A stretch of DNA of 64,000 bases, taken from Candidatus Omnitrophota bacterium (GTDB lineage Bacteria; Omnitrophota; Gorgyraeia; 2-01-FULL-45-10). The position numbers and the translations under genes are program-made. Within the stretch, counting starts at the first letter, position 1, and the number at the start of each line of letters is the position of its first letter. Below the pieces are notes generated by a model. It did no database searches and had not been told where the DNA came from. It saw only the letters and a list, made by a program, of their open reading frames with translations. Where the stretch lies: positions 675 to 64,674 of the forward strand of contig JAQUSB010000002.1 in NCBI GenBank assembly GCA_028715345.1, written 5' to 3'. Positions 8,649-17,000 of this stretch are shown one piece after another.

Positions 8649-9890
8649 ATGAAACAGCTGCGAAAAATTTATTTGATATTGACCGCGTTATCAATTATGG
8701 GTTTACAGGCGCCGTGCCTGCATGCGGAAGACAAACCGGAAGGGCTTGCCATGAGCGCGCTGGGTAAAGCAGGGCTTTCAGAATTTCTCGACAAGGCGGG
8801 TATAAAAATATACGGCTATGCCGAGGGCGGTTATATGTACGACGCTACCGCTCCGCAGCCTTACGCCGGACCGGCCTTTCTGGCATTCAATAATTTAAGG
8901 AATACTCCCATCGTCGATAAAATAAGCCTTAACGCCGAACGGACGGTCGATCCCGCAAAGAAACAATTCGACCTCGGCTTCCGGCTGGAAGGTATATGGG
9001 GATACGACGCGAGATTCATACATTCCAACGGGCTCGGCGATACGCAGACAGGAAGGTACCAGCTTGACCCTCTGCAGGCGTACGTCGATATGGCGCTCCC
9101 TTATGTACCGGTAAAGATCCGGGCGGGCAAATGGATAGAACTGGCGGGTTTCGAACATTTCAGCGCGAATCTTTACGGGGCGTTCGGAGACCCTATGAGA
9201 GCCCTATATTCCTACAGCTACCAGTTCTTTTACGCCGAGCCGGGAACTCAGACGGGCGTCCTCGGCACATACGTGCTTAATCCGCAATGGACGTTCGATT
9301 TCGGATTTACCGAGGGCTGGAACCAGTCCACACGCAATACCGACGGGTACTTGGACCTTTTAGGACGCGTCATTTACACGCCGACGGACAGGACCGCCGT
9401 TACGCTCGTCCTGAACGTAGGCCCGGAATATCCCATAGGCGTTGGGCGGGGGCTGCCTGCTGGGGACACCAAAAACTGGTGGACGGCGATCGACCTGGTC
9501 ATTACGCATAAGCTCACCGACAAATTGAGCCTCGGTACAGGGATCGATATCGTTAACGCGCCGCATATACCCGGCCTGGAGCGGGGATCCAAACAATGGG
9601 GAGGTATAGCCGGATACGCGAGTTATGCCGTCGCTCCGCATTCAACGGTCAATACACGGCTCGAGTGGTTCAACGACTCTTCGGACGGTTTCGCTACCGG
9701 GGCGGGGACGGGAGCCAATTATTACGAAGCGACCCTGGGGGTAGCGGTGAAACTTTTCCCGAAAGATAAGATATTATCCAACTTCCTGTTCAGGCCCGAG
9801 GTGCGCTACGACTGGTCCGACCATGCGGTTTTTGCCGGAGGCGACAGGAGCCAGGTAACGCTGAGCGGAGATGTACTGTTCACTTTTTAG
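8649..9890 (+). CDS. outer-membrane beta-barrel porin (nitrogen cluster-associated)
   Basis: ATG 8649 within ORF 8592..9890; signal peptide ending LHA; alternating aromatic beta-strand pattern; C-terminal ...VLFTF with terminal Phe typical of OMPs. Confidence 0.55.
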   Translation: MKQLRKIYLILTALSIMGLQAPCLHAEDKPEGLAMSALGKAGLSEFLDKAGIKIYGYAEGGYMYDATAPQPYAGPAFLAFNNLRNTPIVDKISLNAERTVDPAKKQFDLGFRLEGIWGYDARFIHSNGLGDTQTGRYQLDPLQAYVDMALPYVPVKIRAGKWIELAGFEHFSANLYGAFGDPMRALYSYSYQFFYAEPGTQTGVLGTYVLNPQWTFDFGFTEGWNQSTRNTDGYLDLLGRVIYTPTDRTAVTLVLNVGPEYPIGVGRGLPAGDTKNWWTAIDLVITHKLTDKLSLGTGIDIVNAPHIPGLERGSKQWGGIAGYASYAVAPHSTVNTRLEWFNDSSDGFATGAGTGANYYEATLGVAVKLFPKDKILSNFLFRPEVRYDWSDHAVFAGGDRSQVTLSGDVLFTF

Positions 9891-9945
9891 GTAAGTAAAG
9901 GTGCAAGGCGGTTAAAGACCGGCAACAAAAAGAAAGGAGAAGGTT

Positions 9946-11181
9946 ATGATAAACTCAGGTGACACAGCTTGGATCCTGATGTCGACGGCGCTCGTTATGC
10001 TGATGACGGCGCCGGGGCTCGCCTTTTTTTACGGCGGCCTGGTGCGGCGCAAAAATGTCCTCGCCACGATGATGCAGTCGTTCTTCGTTTTATGCTTGAT
10101 CAGCATTCAGTGGATATTGTGGGGGTACAGCCTGTCGTTCGGCCCAGACCAGGGCCATTTCATAGGCAGTCTGGCGTGGTTTGGATTAAAAGGGGTCGGG
10201 ATGGCGCCAAACCCGGATTATTCCTCGACGATACCGCATCTTCTGTTCATGGCATACCAGATGATGTTTGCCGTCATTACGCCGGGGCTCATAACAGGCG
10301 CTTTCGCCGAAAGGATGAAATTTTCGGCATATGTGCTCTTTACCTTATTATGGGCGACACTGGTCTATGATCCCGTCTGTCACTGGGTCTGGGGAGCGGG
10401 CGGGTGGTTGCGGAACATGGGCGCCCTGGATTTTGCCGGCGGGACTGTCGTTCACGTCTCTTCGGGTATATCGGCGCTCGTCTGCGCTTTAGTGCTTGGA
10501 CGCAGGAGAGGCTATGGACGCGACCCGATGCCGCCGCACAACCTGCCGCTGACCATCCTCGGCGCTTCCTTATTGTGGTTCGGGTGGTTCGGTTTCAACG
10601 CAGGTTCGGCGCTCGGCTCTACAGAGCTGGCGGTCTGGGCATTCATTGCCACGAATACGGCCGCGGCGGCCGCGGGCCTTACGTGGATGTTCATAGAGTG
10701 GAAGGCTACCGGCAAACCTACGATACTCGGAGGCGCTACCGGAGCAGTGGCAGGGCTCGTCGCGATAACTCCCGGGGCAGGGTTTGTATCACCGATGTCA
10801 GCGATACTCATAGGAGCGATCGTGGCGTTCGTTTGCTATGCGGCAGTCGCTGTGATAAAACTTAAGCTGGCCTATGACGATTCTCTCGATGCGTTCGGGG
10901 TGCACGGGGTAGGCGGAACGCTCGGGGCACTGCTTGTAGGGCTATTTGCCCAGAAACTCATCAACCCCGCGGGAAATAACGGCTTGTTATTCGGCAATGC
11001 TGCCCAACTCGGAGTACAGGCGATAGGCGTAGCCGCTACCATAGTATATTCCGTGGTCGTTACTTTCATACTGCTGAAAGCGGTTGATGCCATAGTAGGA
11101 TTGAGGGTGCCTGACGAAGAGGAAGTGGTCGGGCTCGATATTACCCAGCACGAAGAGAGCGCGTACACGCTGCTGGATTAA
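9946..11181 (+). CDS. amtB: ammonium transporter
   Basis: 411 aa; DTAWILMSTALVMLMTAPGLAFFYGGLVRRKNVL Amt signature, 11 TM pattern. Confidence 0.9.
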   Translation: MINSGDTAWILMSTALVMLMTAPGLAFFYGGLVRRKNVLATMMQSFFVLCLISIQWILWGYSLSFGPDQGHFIGSLAWFGLKGVGMAPNPDYSSTIPHLLFMAYQMMFAVITPGLITGAFAERMKFSAYVLFTLLWATLVYDPVCHWVWGAGGWLRNMGALDFAGGTVVHVSSGISALVCALVLGRRRGYGRDPMPPHNLPLTILGASLLWFGWFGFNAGSALGSTELAVWAFIATNTAAAAAGLTWMFIEWKATGKPTILGGATGAVAGLVAITPGAGFVSPMSAILIGAIVAFVCYAAVAVIKLKLAYDDSLDAFGVHGVGGTLGALLVGLFAQKLINPAGNNGLLFGNAAQLGVQAIGVAATIVYSVVVTFILLKAVDAIVGLRVPDEEEVVGLDITQHEESAYTLLD

Positions 11182-11191
11182 GGAGGAAAAG

Positions 11192-11533
11192 ATGAAACTG
11201 ATAATCGCTATAATCCAGCCTCATAAGCTTGAGGATGTGCTCCACAGGCTCGACAGCGTCGAGATACACCTGCGGACCGTAAGCAACGTCCTCGGCTGCG
11301 GGAGGCAAAAAGGCAGGACCGAAATATACCGCGGGAGAAAAGAGGCGGGCAGCCTTCTGAAGAAGGTCAGGCTCGAGATCGCGGTGAACGAGCCGTTCGT
11401 GAGGCCTGCCCTGGACGCCATAACGCTCGGCGCGCGTTCAGGCACCATCGGGGACGGGAAGATATTCATACTTCCTATGGAAGGATGCGTCAGGATAAGG
11501 ACTGGAGAGGAGGGCGAGGTCGCTATAGGTTAA
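11192..11533 (+). CDS. glnK: nitrogen regulatory protein P-II (Tyr51 replaced by Glu)
   Basis: 113 aa; GCGRQKG T-loop base and SGTIGDGKIF B-loop; immediately downstream of amtB; T-loop reads YRGRKEAG so no uridylylatable Tyr51. Confidence 0.85.
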   Translation: MKLIIAIIQPHKLEDVLHRLDSVEIHLRTVSNVLGCGRQKGRTEIYRGRKEAGSLLKKVRLEIAVNEPFVRPALDAITLGARSGTIGDGKIFILPMEGCVRIRTGEEGEVAIG

Positions 11534-11546
11534 ACGTCATTTTTAC

Positions 11547-11575
11547 TTGCATTCGCGAAGGGAAGGTGGTATACT
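11547..11575 (+). promoter_or_regulatory. sigma70-like promoter for glnN leader
   Basis: TTGCAT-17 nt-TATACT; predicted start ~11582 coincides with first leader hairpin. Confidence 0.4.
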
Positions 11576-11581
11576 TAAATT

Positions 11582-11661
11582 GCACGTGGAAGTGCTTTTA
11601 TTTAAAGTAAAAATGAACAGAGACGTTCGTATTACAAAAATATGAATGTTTCTGTTTTTTT
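11582..11661 (+). promoter_or_regulatory. glnN 5' leader: dual small hairpins with hexaloops overlapping an intrinsic terminator (ANTAR-target-like antitermination element)
   Basis: hairpin GCAC-GUGGAA-GUGC (11582..11595); hairpin GAAC-AGAGAC-GUUC (11615..11628, loop A1/G4); 13-bp terminator stem 11616..11628 / 11644..11656 + U-run to 11661 uses the same nucleotides as hairpin 2. Confidence 0.5.
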
Positions 11662-11722
11662 ATTGGCTTTCGTGGTAATATATATCGGAACAATATAGCT
11701 TTTAAAATCAGGAGGAAATTCG

Positions 11723-13693
11723 ATGAACGTTCGGCAAAAAGCCCTATTCAGCATTAAAAGCATAGAGCCCCAAAAAGACAGGCTTGCGAAAAAGGTTTCG
11801 TCATATTTCGGTGAAAACACATTCAGCCTGTCGGCTATGCAGAAACATATTTCCAAAGGCACATTCGAAGCCTTCAAACGCTGGATGAGCGAGGGCGCCA
11901 TCATAACGCTCGATCAGGCAAATGAGATAGCGGCCGCTATGAAAGAGTGGGCGATATCCAAGGGCGCCACGTATTATACTCACTGGTTTCAGCCAATGAC
12001 GGGCCTGACCGCCGAAAAGCATGACAGCTTCATCTCCGTGACCGGGCAGGGCAAGGTCATCGAAAAATTCTCGGGCAATAAGCTGATCCAGGGCGAGCCC
12101 GACGCGTCGAGTTTCCCGTCGGGAGGCATAAGAGCGACTTTCGAGGCGAGAGGCTATACCGCATGGGACCCATCGAGCCCGGCTTTCATCATAGAGTCGA
12201 GGCTCGGCAAGACGCTTTGTATACCGACGATATTCATTTCCTATCACGGCGCGGCGCTTGATAAAAAACTGCCGCTTTTGCGCTCCGACGAAGTTCTGAA
12301 CAAATCGGCCGTAGCGTTATTGAAGCTTTTCGGCCATAAAGATGTTAAGAAGGTCGTGTCCACCTGCGGGCCGGAACAGGAATATTTCCTGATCGATAAA
12401 AATTATTATAACCTGCGCCAGGACCTTTTAATGACCGGCAGGACGCTGGTGGGAGCGGCTTCTCCTAAAGGGCAGCAGTTGGAAGACCAGTATTTCGGGA
12501 CGATAAAGGAACGCGTCCTTAATTATATGTTCGAGGTCGCGGAAGAGGCTTATAAGCTCGGCATACCCATAATGACGAGGCATAACGAAGTCGCGCCGCA
12601 CCAGTATGAATTTGCTCCTATGTTCGAAGAATCGAATATAGCCGCAGACCACAATCAGCTCCTCATGGAATTGATGAAAAAAGTGGCGCTCAGGCATAGC
12701 CTTGTCTGCCTTTTACACGAGAAACCTTTTGCCGGGATAAACGGGAGCGGCAAGCATGTGAATTGGTCGCTAGCGGATGACAAAGGGAACAACCTGTTGA
12801 ACCCCGGCGATACGCCTGAGGATAACCTGCAGTTCCTGGCAGTCCTGGCAGCTGTATTGAGGGCGGTATATCTGCATTCCGACCTCTTGAGAGCTAGCGT
12901 TGCCATGGCCGGCAATGAGCATAGACTGGGCGCGAATGAGGCGCCGCCCGCCATAATAAGCGTATTCCTGGGAAACCAGCTGACAAAAATACTGGACATG
13001 CTCGAAAAAGGAGTTAAGAAATCTGTATCTAAAAAAGACATAATGGATTTCGGTATAGCGCGCCTGCCCAGGTTCAATAAAGACTCCACCGACAGGAACA
13101 GGACATCGCCTTTCGCGTTCACGGGAACTAAATTCGAATTCAGGGCCGTCGGCTCGTCGCAGAATATATCGACCCCCATAACGGTCATAAATACTATCGT
13201 TGCCGAGTCGCTCGATCATGTAGCCGATAAGATAAAAAAGGCTTCGGACGGTAAGGATTTTAACACCGCCGTCCTGAAAGTGGTGGCGGAGATAGTAAAA
13301 GAGACGAAGGATATCCGCTTCGAGGGCAATAATTACTCTCCGGAATGGGTAAAAGAAGCGAAGAAGAGGGGGCTACCCAACGTCGCGTCGACGGCAGAAG
13401 CGTTAAAGGCCCTTACAAAAGAGAAGAACGTAAGCCTTTTCGCGAAATACAAAGTCTTTTCCAAAGAAGAGATGGTCGCCAGGTACCACATCTGGGTGCA
13501 TACTTATAACACGATACTCGAGATCGAAGGGAACACGCTCAATGAGATGGTCAATGCGAGCATCATTCCTGCCGGGTTCGAATACGAAAAATTACTGGCG
13601 GACAATTTAAGCGACCTGGCGAGCCTCAAGAAGTCTTCCGCTCTAAAGGTAGATAAATCGGCGTTTGAAGACCTGAAAGCGCACCTGGCGTAA
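11723..13693 (+). CDS. glnN: glutamine synthetase type III (GlnN), first 656 codons, ends at an in-frame TAA
   Basis: N-terminal MNVRQKALFSIKSIEPQ...FGENTFSLSAMQKHISKGTFEAFKRW typical of GS-III; size and domain order match ~729-aa GS-III when joined to next segment. Confidence 0.85.
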   Translation: MNVRQKALFSIKSIEPQKDRLAKKVSSYFGENTFSLSAMQKHISKGTFEAFKRWMSEGAIITLDQANEIAAAMKEWAISKGATYYTHWFQPMTGLTAEKHDSFISVTGQGKVIEKFSGNKLIQGEPDASSFPSGGIRATFEARGYTAWDPSSPAFIIESRLGKTLCIPTIFISYHGAALDKKLPLLRSDEVLNKSAVALLKLFGHKDVKKVVSTCGPEQEYFLIDKNYYNLRQDLLMTGRTLVGAASPKGQQLEDQYFGTIKERVLNYMFEVAEEAYKLGIPIMTRHNEVAPHQYEFAPMFEESNIAADHNQLLMELMKKVALRHSLVCLLHEKPFAGINGSGKHVNWSLADDKGNNLLNPGDTPEDNLQFLAVLAAVLRAVYLHSDLLRASVAMAGNEHRLGANEAPPAIISVFLGNQLTKILDMLEKGVKKSVSKKDIMDFGIARLPRFNKDSTDRNRTSPFAFTGTKFEFRAVGSSQNISTPITVINTIVAESLDHVADKIKKASDGKDFNTAVLKVVAEIVKETKDIRFEGNNYSPEWVKEAKKRGLPNVASTAEALKALTKEKNVSLFAKYKVFSKEEMVARYHIWVHTYNTILEIEGNTLNEMVNASIIPAGFEYEKLLADNLSDLASLKKSSALKVDKSAFEDLKAHLA

Positions 13694-13915
13694 GTGGTCG
13701 CAAAAATATATTACGTGCGCCGCAACGCCAAAGAGATGATGGATCTTCTCGAGAAGGCGCAGAAGAAACACCACGAGGAACGCGCCGCCATATATTTCAG
13801 CCGGCTGAAGCCGCTTATGGAACACATCCGTAAGCACGCCGACCAGTTGGAATGCGTGGTTTCGGATGAACATTGGGACCTTCCCAAATACAGGGAGATG
13901 TTGTTCGTTAAATAA
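13694..13915 (+). CDS. glnN: GlnN C-terminal 73 codons, same frame as 11723..13693, directly after internal TAA
   Basis: Starts at the codon after the TAA (13691..13693) in the identical frame; open for 73 codons; ends ...WDLPKYREMLFVK resembling GS-III C-terminus; 656+73 = 729 aa. Confidence 0.6.
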   Translation: MVAKIYYVRRNAKEMMDLLEKAQKKHHEERAAIYFSRLKPLMEHIRKHADQLECVVSDEHWDLPKYREMLFVK

Positions 13916-13935
13916 CAGCGGTAAGTATTTTAGCG

Positions 13936-13955
13936 CCTGCACTACGTAGTGCAGG
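13936..13955. promoter_or_regulatory. 20-bp perfect palindrome CCTGCACTACGTAGTGCAGG (TGCAC/GTGCA half sites)
   Basis: exact reverse-complement symmetry; between glnN and gltB. Confidence 0.4.
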
Positions 13956-13975
13956 ATAACCGGAAGACTGGACAT

Positions 13976-14024
13976 AGGCGTTCAGATTGGTCATAAGACG
14001 ACCGATTTGAATGCCTATTTTTTT
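13976..14024 (+). terminator. intrinsic terminator with apical GGUC-AUAAGAC-GACC mini-hairpin, 20 nt upstream of gltB start
   Basis: 13-bp stem AGGCGUUCAGAUU / GAUUUGAAUGCCU (three G-U) + U7 run; apex hairpin loop ends GAC like the hexaloops in other leaders. Confidence 0.55.
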
Positions 14025-14044
14025 ATTCAGACAGGTGACTTTTT

Positions 14045-17000
14045 ATGAGACATACAGCGATACCGAAAGCACAGGGTTTATACGATCCGCAATTCGAACA
14101 CGATTCATGCGGCGTCGGGTTCGTCTGTAATATTGACGGGAACCCGTCCAATGAGATCGTGCTGCAGGGGCTCCGGGTCCTTGACAGGCTCTCTCACCGC
14201 GGCGCTACGGGCGCAGACCCAAAGACGGGCGACGGCGCGGGCGTTCTTATACAGATCCCTCACGATTTTTTCAAGAAAGTGTGCGCGGCTAAAGGTATAG
14301 AGTTGCCCGGCAAAGGCGAGTACGGGACAGGGCTATTCTTTCTTCCGGTCGACGTGAAAGAAAGAGAATTCTGCAAAAATACGGTAAAGAAGATCGTAGA
14401 GAGCGAGGGGCAAACGTTATTGGGATGGCGTAGTGTTCCCGTCGACAATTCCGATATAGGAGTGACCGCCCGCCAGACAGAGCCGGTGATCGAGCAGCCC
14501 TTTATCAAGAGAGCCCCCGGAATGAAAGGCGAGCTTGAATTTGAACGGAAATTATTCCTGATACGCAAGCGCATAGAAAATACGGTCCGCTCATCCCGTT
14601 TAAAACAGGGGTCGTCTTTTTACATAACCAATCTGTCGGGCCGCACATTCTCCTACAAGGGGCTTCTCATGCCGCACCAGGTCGGCAGTTTTTTCCCCGA
14701 CCTGAAGGATAAGGATATGAAGAGCGCGTTGTGCCTGGTGCATTCCCGGTATAGCACGAATACTTTCCCTACGTGGGACAGGGCTCAGCCTTTCAGGTTT
14801 CTCGCCCACAACGGCGAGATAAACACCCTGCGCGGCAATATAAACTGGCTCAAAGCGCGCGAAAGCTTATTGGCGAGCAAATTGTTCGGTAAGGACATCA
14901 GGAAATTATACCCTGTCATAGTGCCGGGCGGGAGCGATTCGGCTTCGTTGGACAACCTATTCGAACTGCTCGTCCTGTCGGGGCGATCCATGCCGCACGC
15001 TATGATGATGCTGATACCCGCTGCATGGGAACAGGACCATTCCATGAGCGACAAGCTCAAAAATTTTTACAAATATCATTCATGCCTGACAGAACCGTGG
15101 GACGGCCCCGCCGCCATAGCTTTTACGGACGGCGCCAGGATCGGCGCATGCTTAGACAGGAACGGCCTGAGGCCCGCGCGCTACATAGTCACAAAAAGCG
15201 GGTTCGTCGTAATGTCGTCGGAGGTGGGCGTGCTCGACATACCGCCGGCAGAGATACTGAAGTCCGGCAGGGTTGAGCCGGGCAAGATATTCTTCATAGA
15301 CACGGTGCAGGGCAAAATAATAGATGACCGCGAACTTAAGGATAAGATGGCATCGCGTTCACCTTACGGCGCATGGACAAAAAATAACATAGTCGAACTG
15401 GATTCGCTGCCGAGATCCAAAAAGACGGTAAAGAAAGCCAAGGGCACGGATACTTTACTTAAAGCGTTCGGATATACGAGAGAGGACCTTAAAGTCATAA
15501 TAAAACCGATGGCTGAAAAAGGCGCCGAGCCCGTCGGCTCTATGGGTAACGACACGCCGCACGCAGTGCTTTCCCTGAAGCCTCAGCTCCTTTACTCGTA
15601 TTTCAAACAGCTATTTGCGCAGGTCACGAATCCCGCGATAGACCCGATAAGGGAAGAGCTTGTAATGAGCCTGGAAAGTTATATAGGCCCGGAGAAGAAC
15701 CTTCTCGACGAGACGGCGGACCATTGCCATAGGCTTCACGTAAAAAGACCCGTCCTCACCAACGAAGAGCTTTCGAAGATACGCGATATCAAATTCAACG
15801 GCTTCAGGACAAAGACCATATCGACCTTATTTAACGCGGAAGACGAAAAAGATTTTATCGACACGATCGACCATATTTGCGCCGAAGCTTCCGGGGCTAT
15901 CAAAAAAGGTTACAAGTTCATCATATTGAGCGATAAAGGTCTCAATAAGAAGAAAGCCGCCCTGCCGGCTCTTTTGGCTGTGGGAGCCGTCCACCAGCAT
16001 CTCGTCAAAAGATCCTTGCGCACGCAGATAGGCATAGTGGTGGAAAGCGCGGAGCCCAGGGAGGTGCACCATTTCGCGCTCCTGTTCGGTTACGGAGCCG
16101 ATTGCGTCAATCCATACCTTGCTTACGAAGCGGCAGGTAAACTTATAGAGGACGGCGACCTTGACATGGATCCCGGGAAAGCGAGGCACAATTATATAAA
16201 GGCCGTCAATAAAGGGATACTTAAAATATTGTCGAAAATGGGCATATCGACGCTGCAGAGCTACAGGGGCGCCCAGATATTCGAAGCGCTCGGGCTCAAT
16301 GACAAAGTGGTGGAAAAATGTTTTACCGGCACTGCCTCAAGGATCGGAGGTATAGGCTTCGACCATATATATAAAGAATGCCTTTTACGCCACCGCGATG
16401 CATATTACGGGCTCGGAGAGCCGTATCTTGCCACGGGCGGGCTGTATCAGTGGAAGAAAGACGGGGAATTTCATTTATGGAACCCGGAGACAATAGCTGC
16501 TCTCCAGGACGCCACGCGCCTTAACGACCCCAAAAAGTACAGGGAGTTCGCCGATCTCATAAACGATCAATCTAAAAATCCGTGCACTTTGCGCAGCATG
16601 CTGAAATTCAAGACCGTGACTCCTGTGCCTTTAAGCGAGGTCGAGCCCGCCGGATCCATTTTCAAGCGCCTCGTCACAGGAGCTATGAGCTTCGGTTCGA
16701 TAAGCAGGTCGACGCACGAAACGCTCGCCCTGGCGATGAACAAGCTGGGCGGCAGGTCAAATACCGGAGAAGGCGGGGAAGACCCGGCAAGGTTTGCGCC
16801 GTTGCCTAACGGAGATTCGGCCAGAAGCGCCATAAAACAGGTTGCGTCGGGGAGGTTCGGAGTGACGACCAACTATTTAGTGAACGCCGATGAATTACAG
16901 ATAAAGATCGCACAGGGCGCTAAGCCGGGCGAGGGAGGGCAATTGCCGGGGCACAAAGTCAGCCCCATAATCGCCAGGACGCGATACACGACGCCCGGCG

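Noticed and set aside
11534-11722. Sigma54 (-24/-12) or NtcA (GTA-N8-TAC) site upstream of glnN
   Set aside because: TGG-N-TGC candidates have 14-nt rather than 12-nt GG-GC spacing, and no GTA-N8-TAC is present. A sigma70-like promoter plus ANTAR-type leader explains the region better.
13691-13693. Alternative genetic code (stop-codon reassignment) as the explanation for the internal TAA in glnN
   Set aside because: TAA terminates many well-defined genes in this window (nadE, gltD, atpD and others), and TGA and TAG are also used as stops, so no global recoding is evident.
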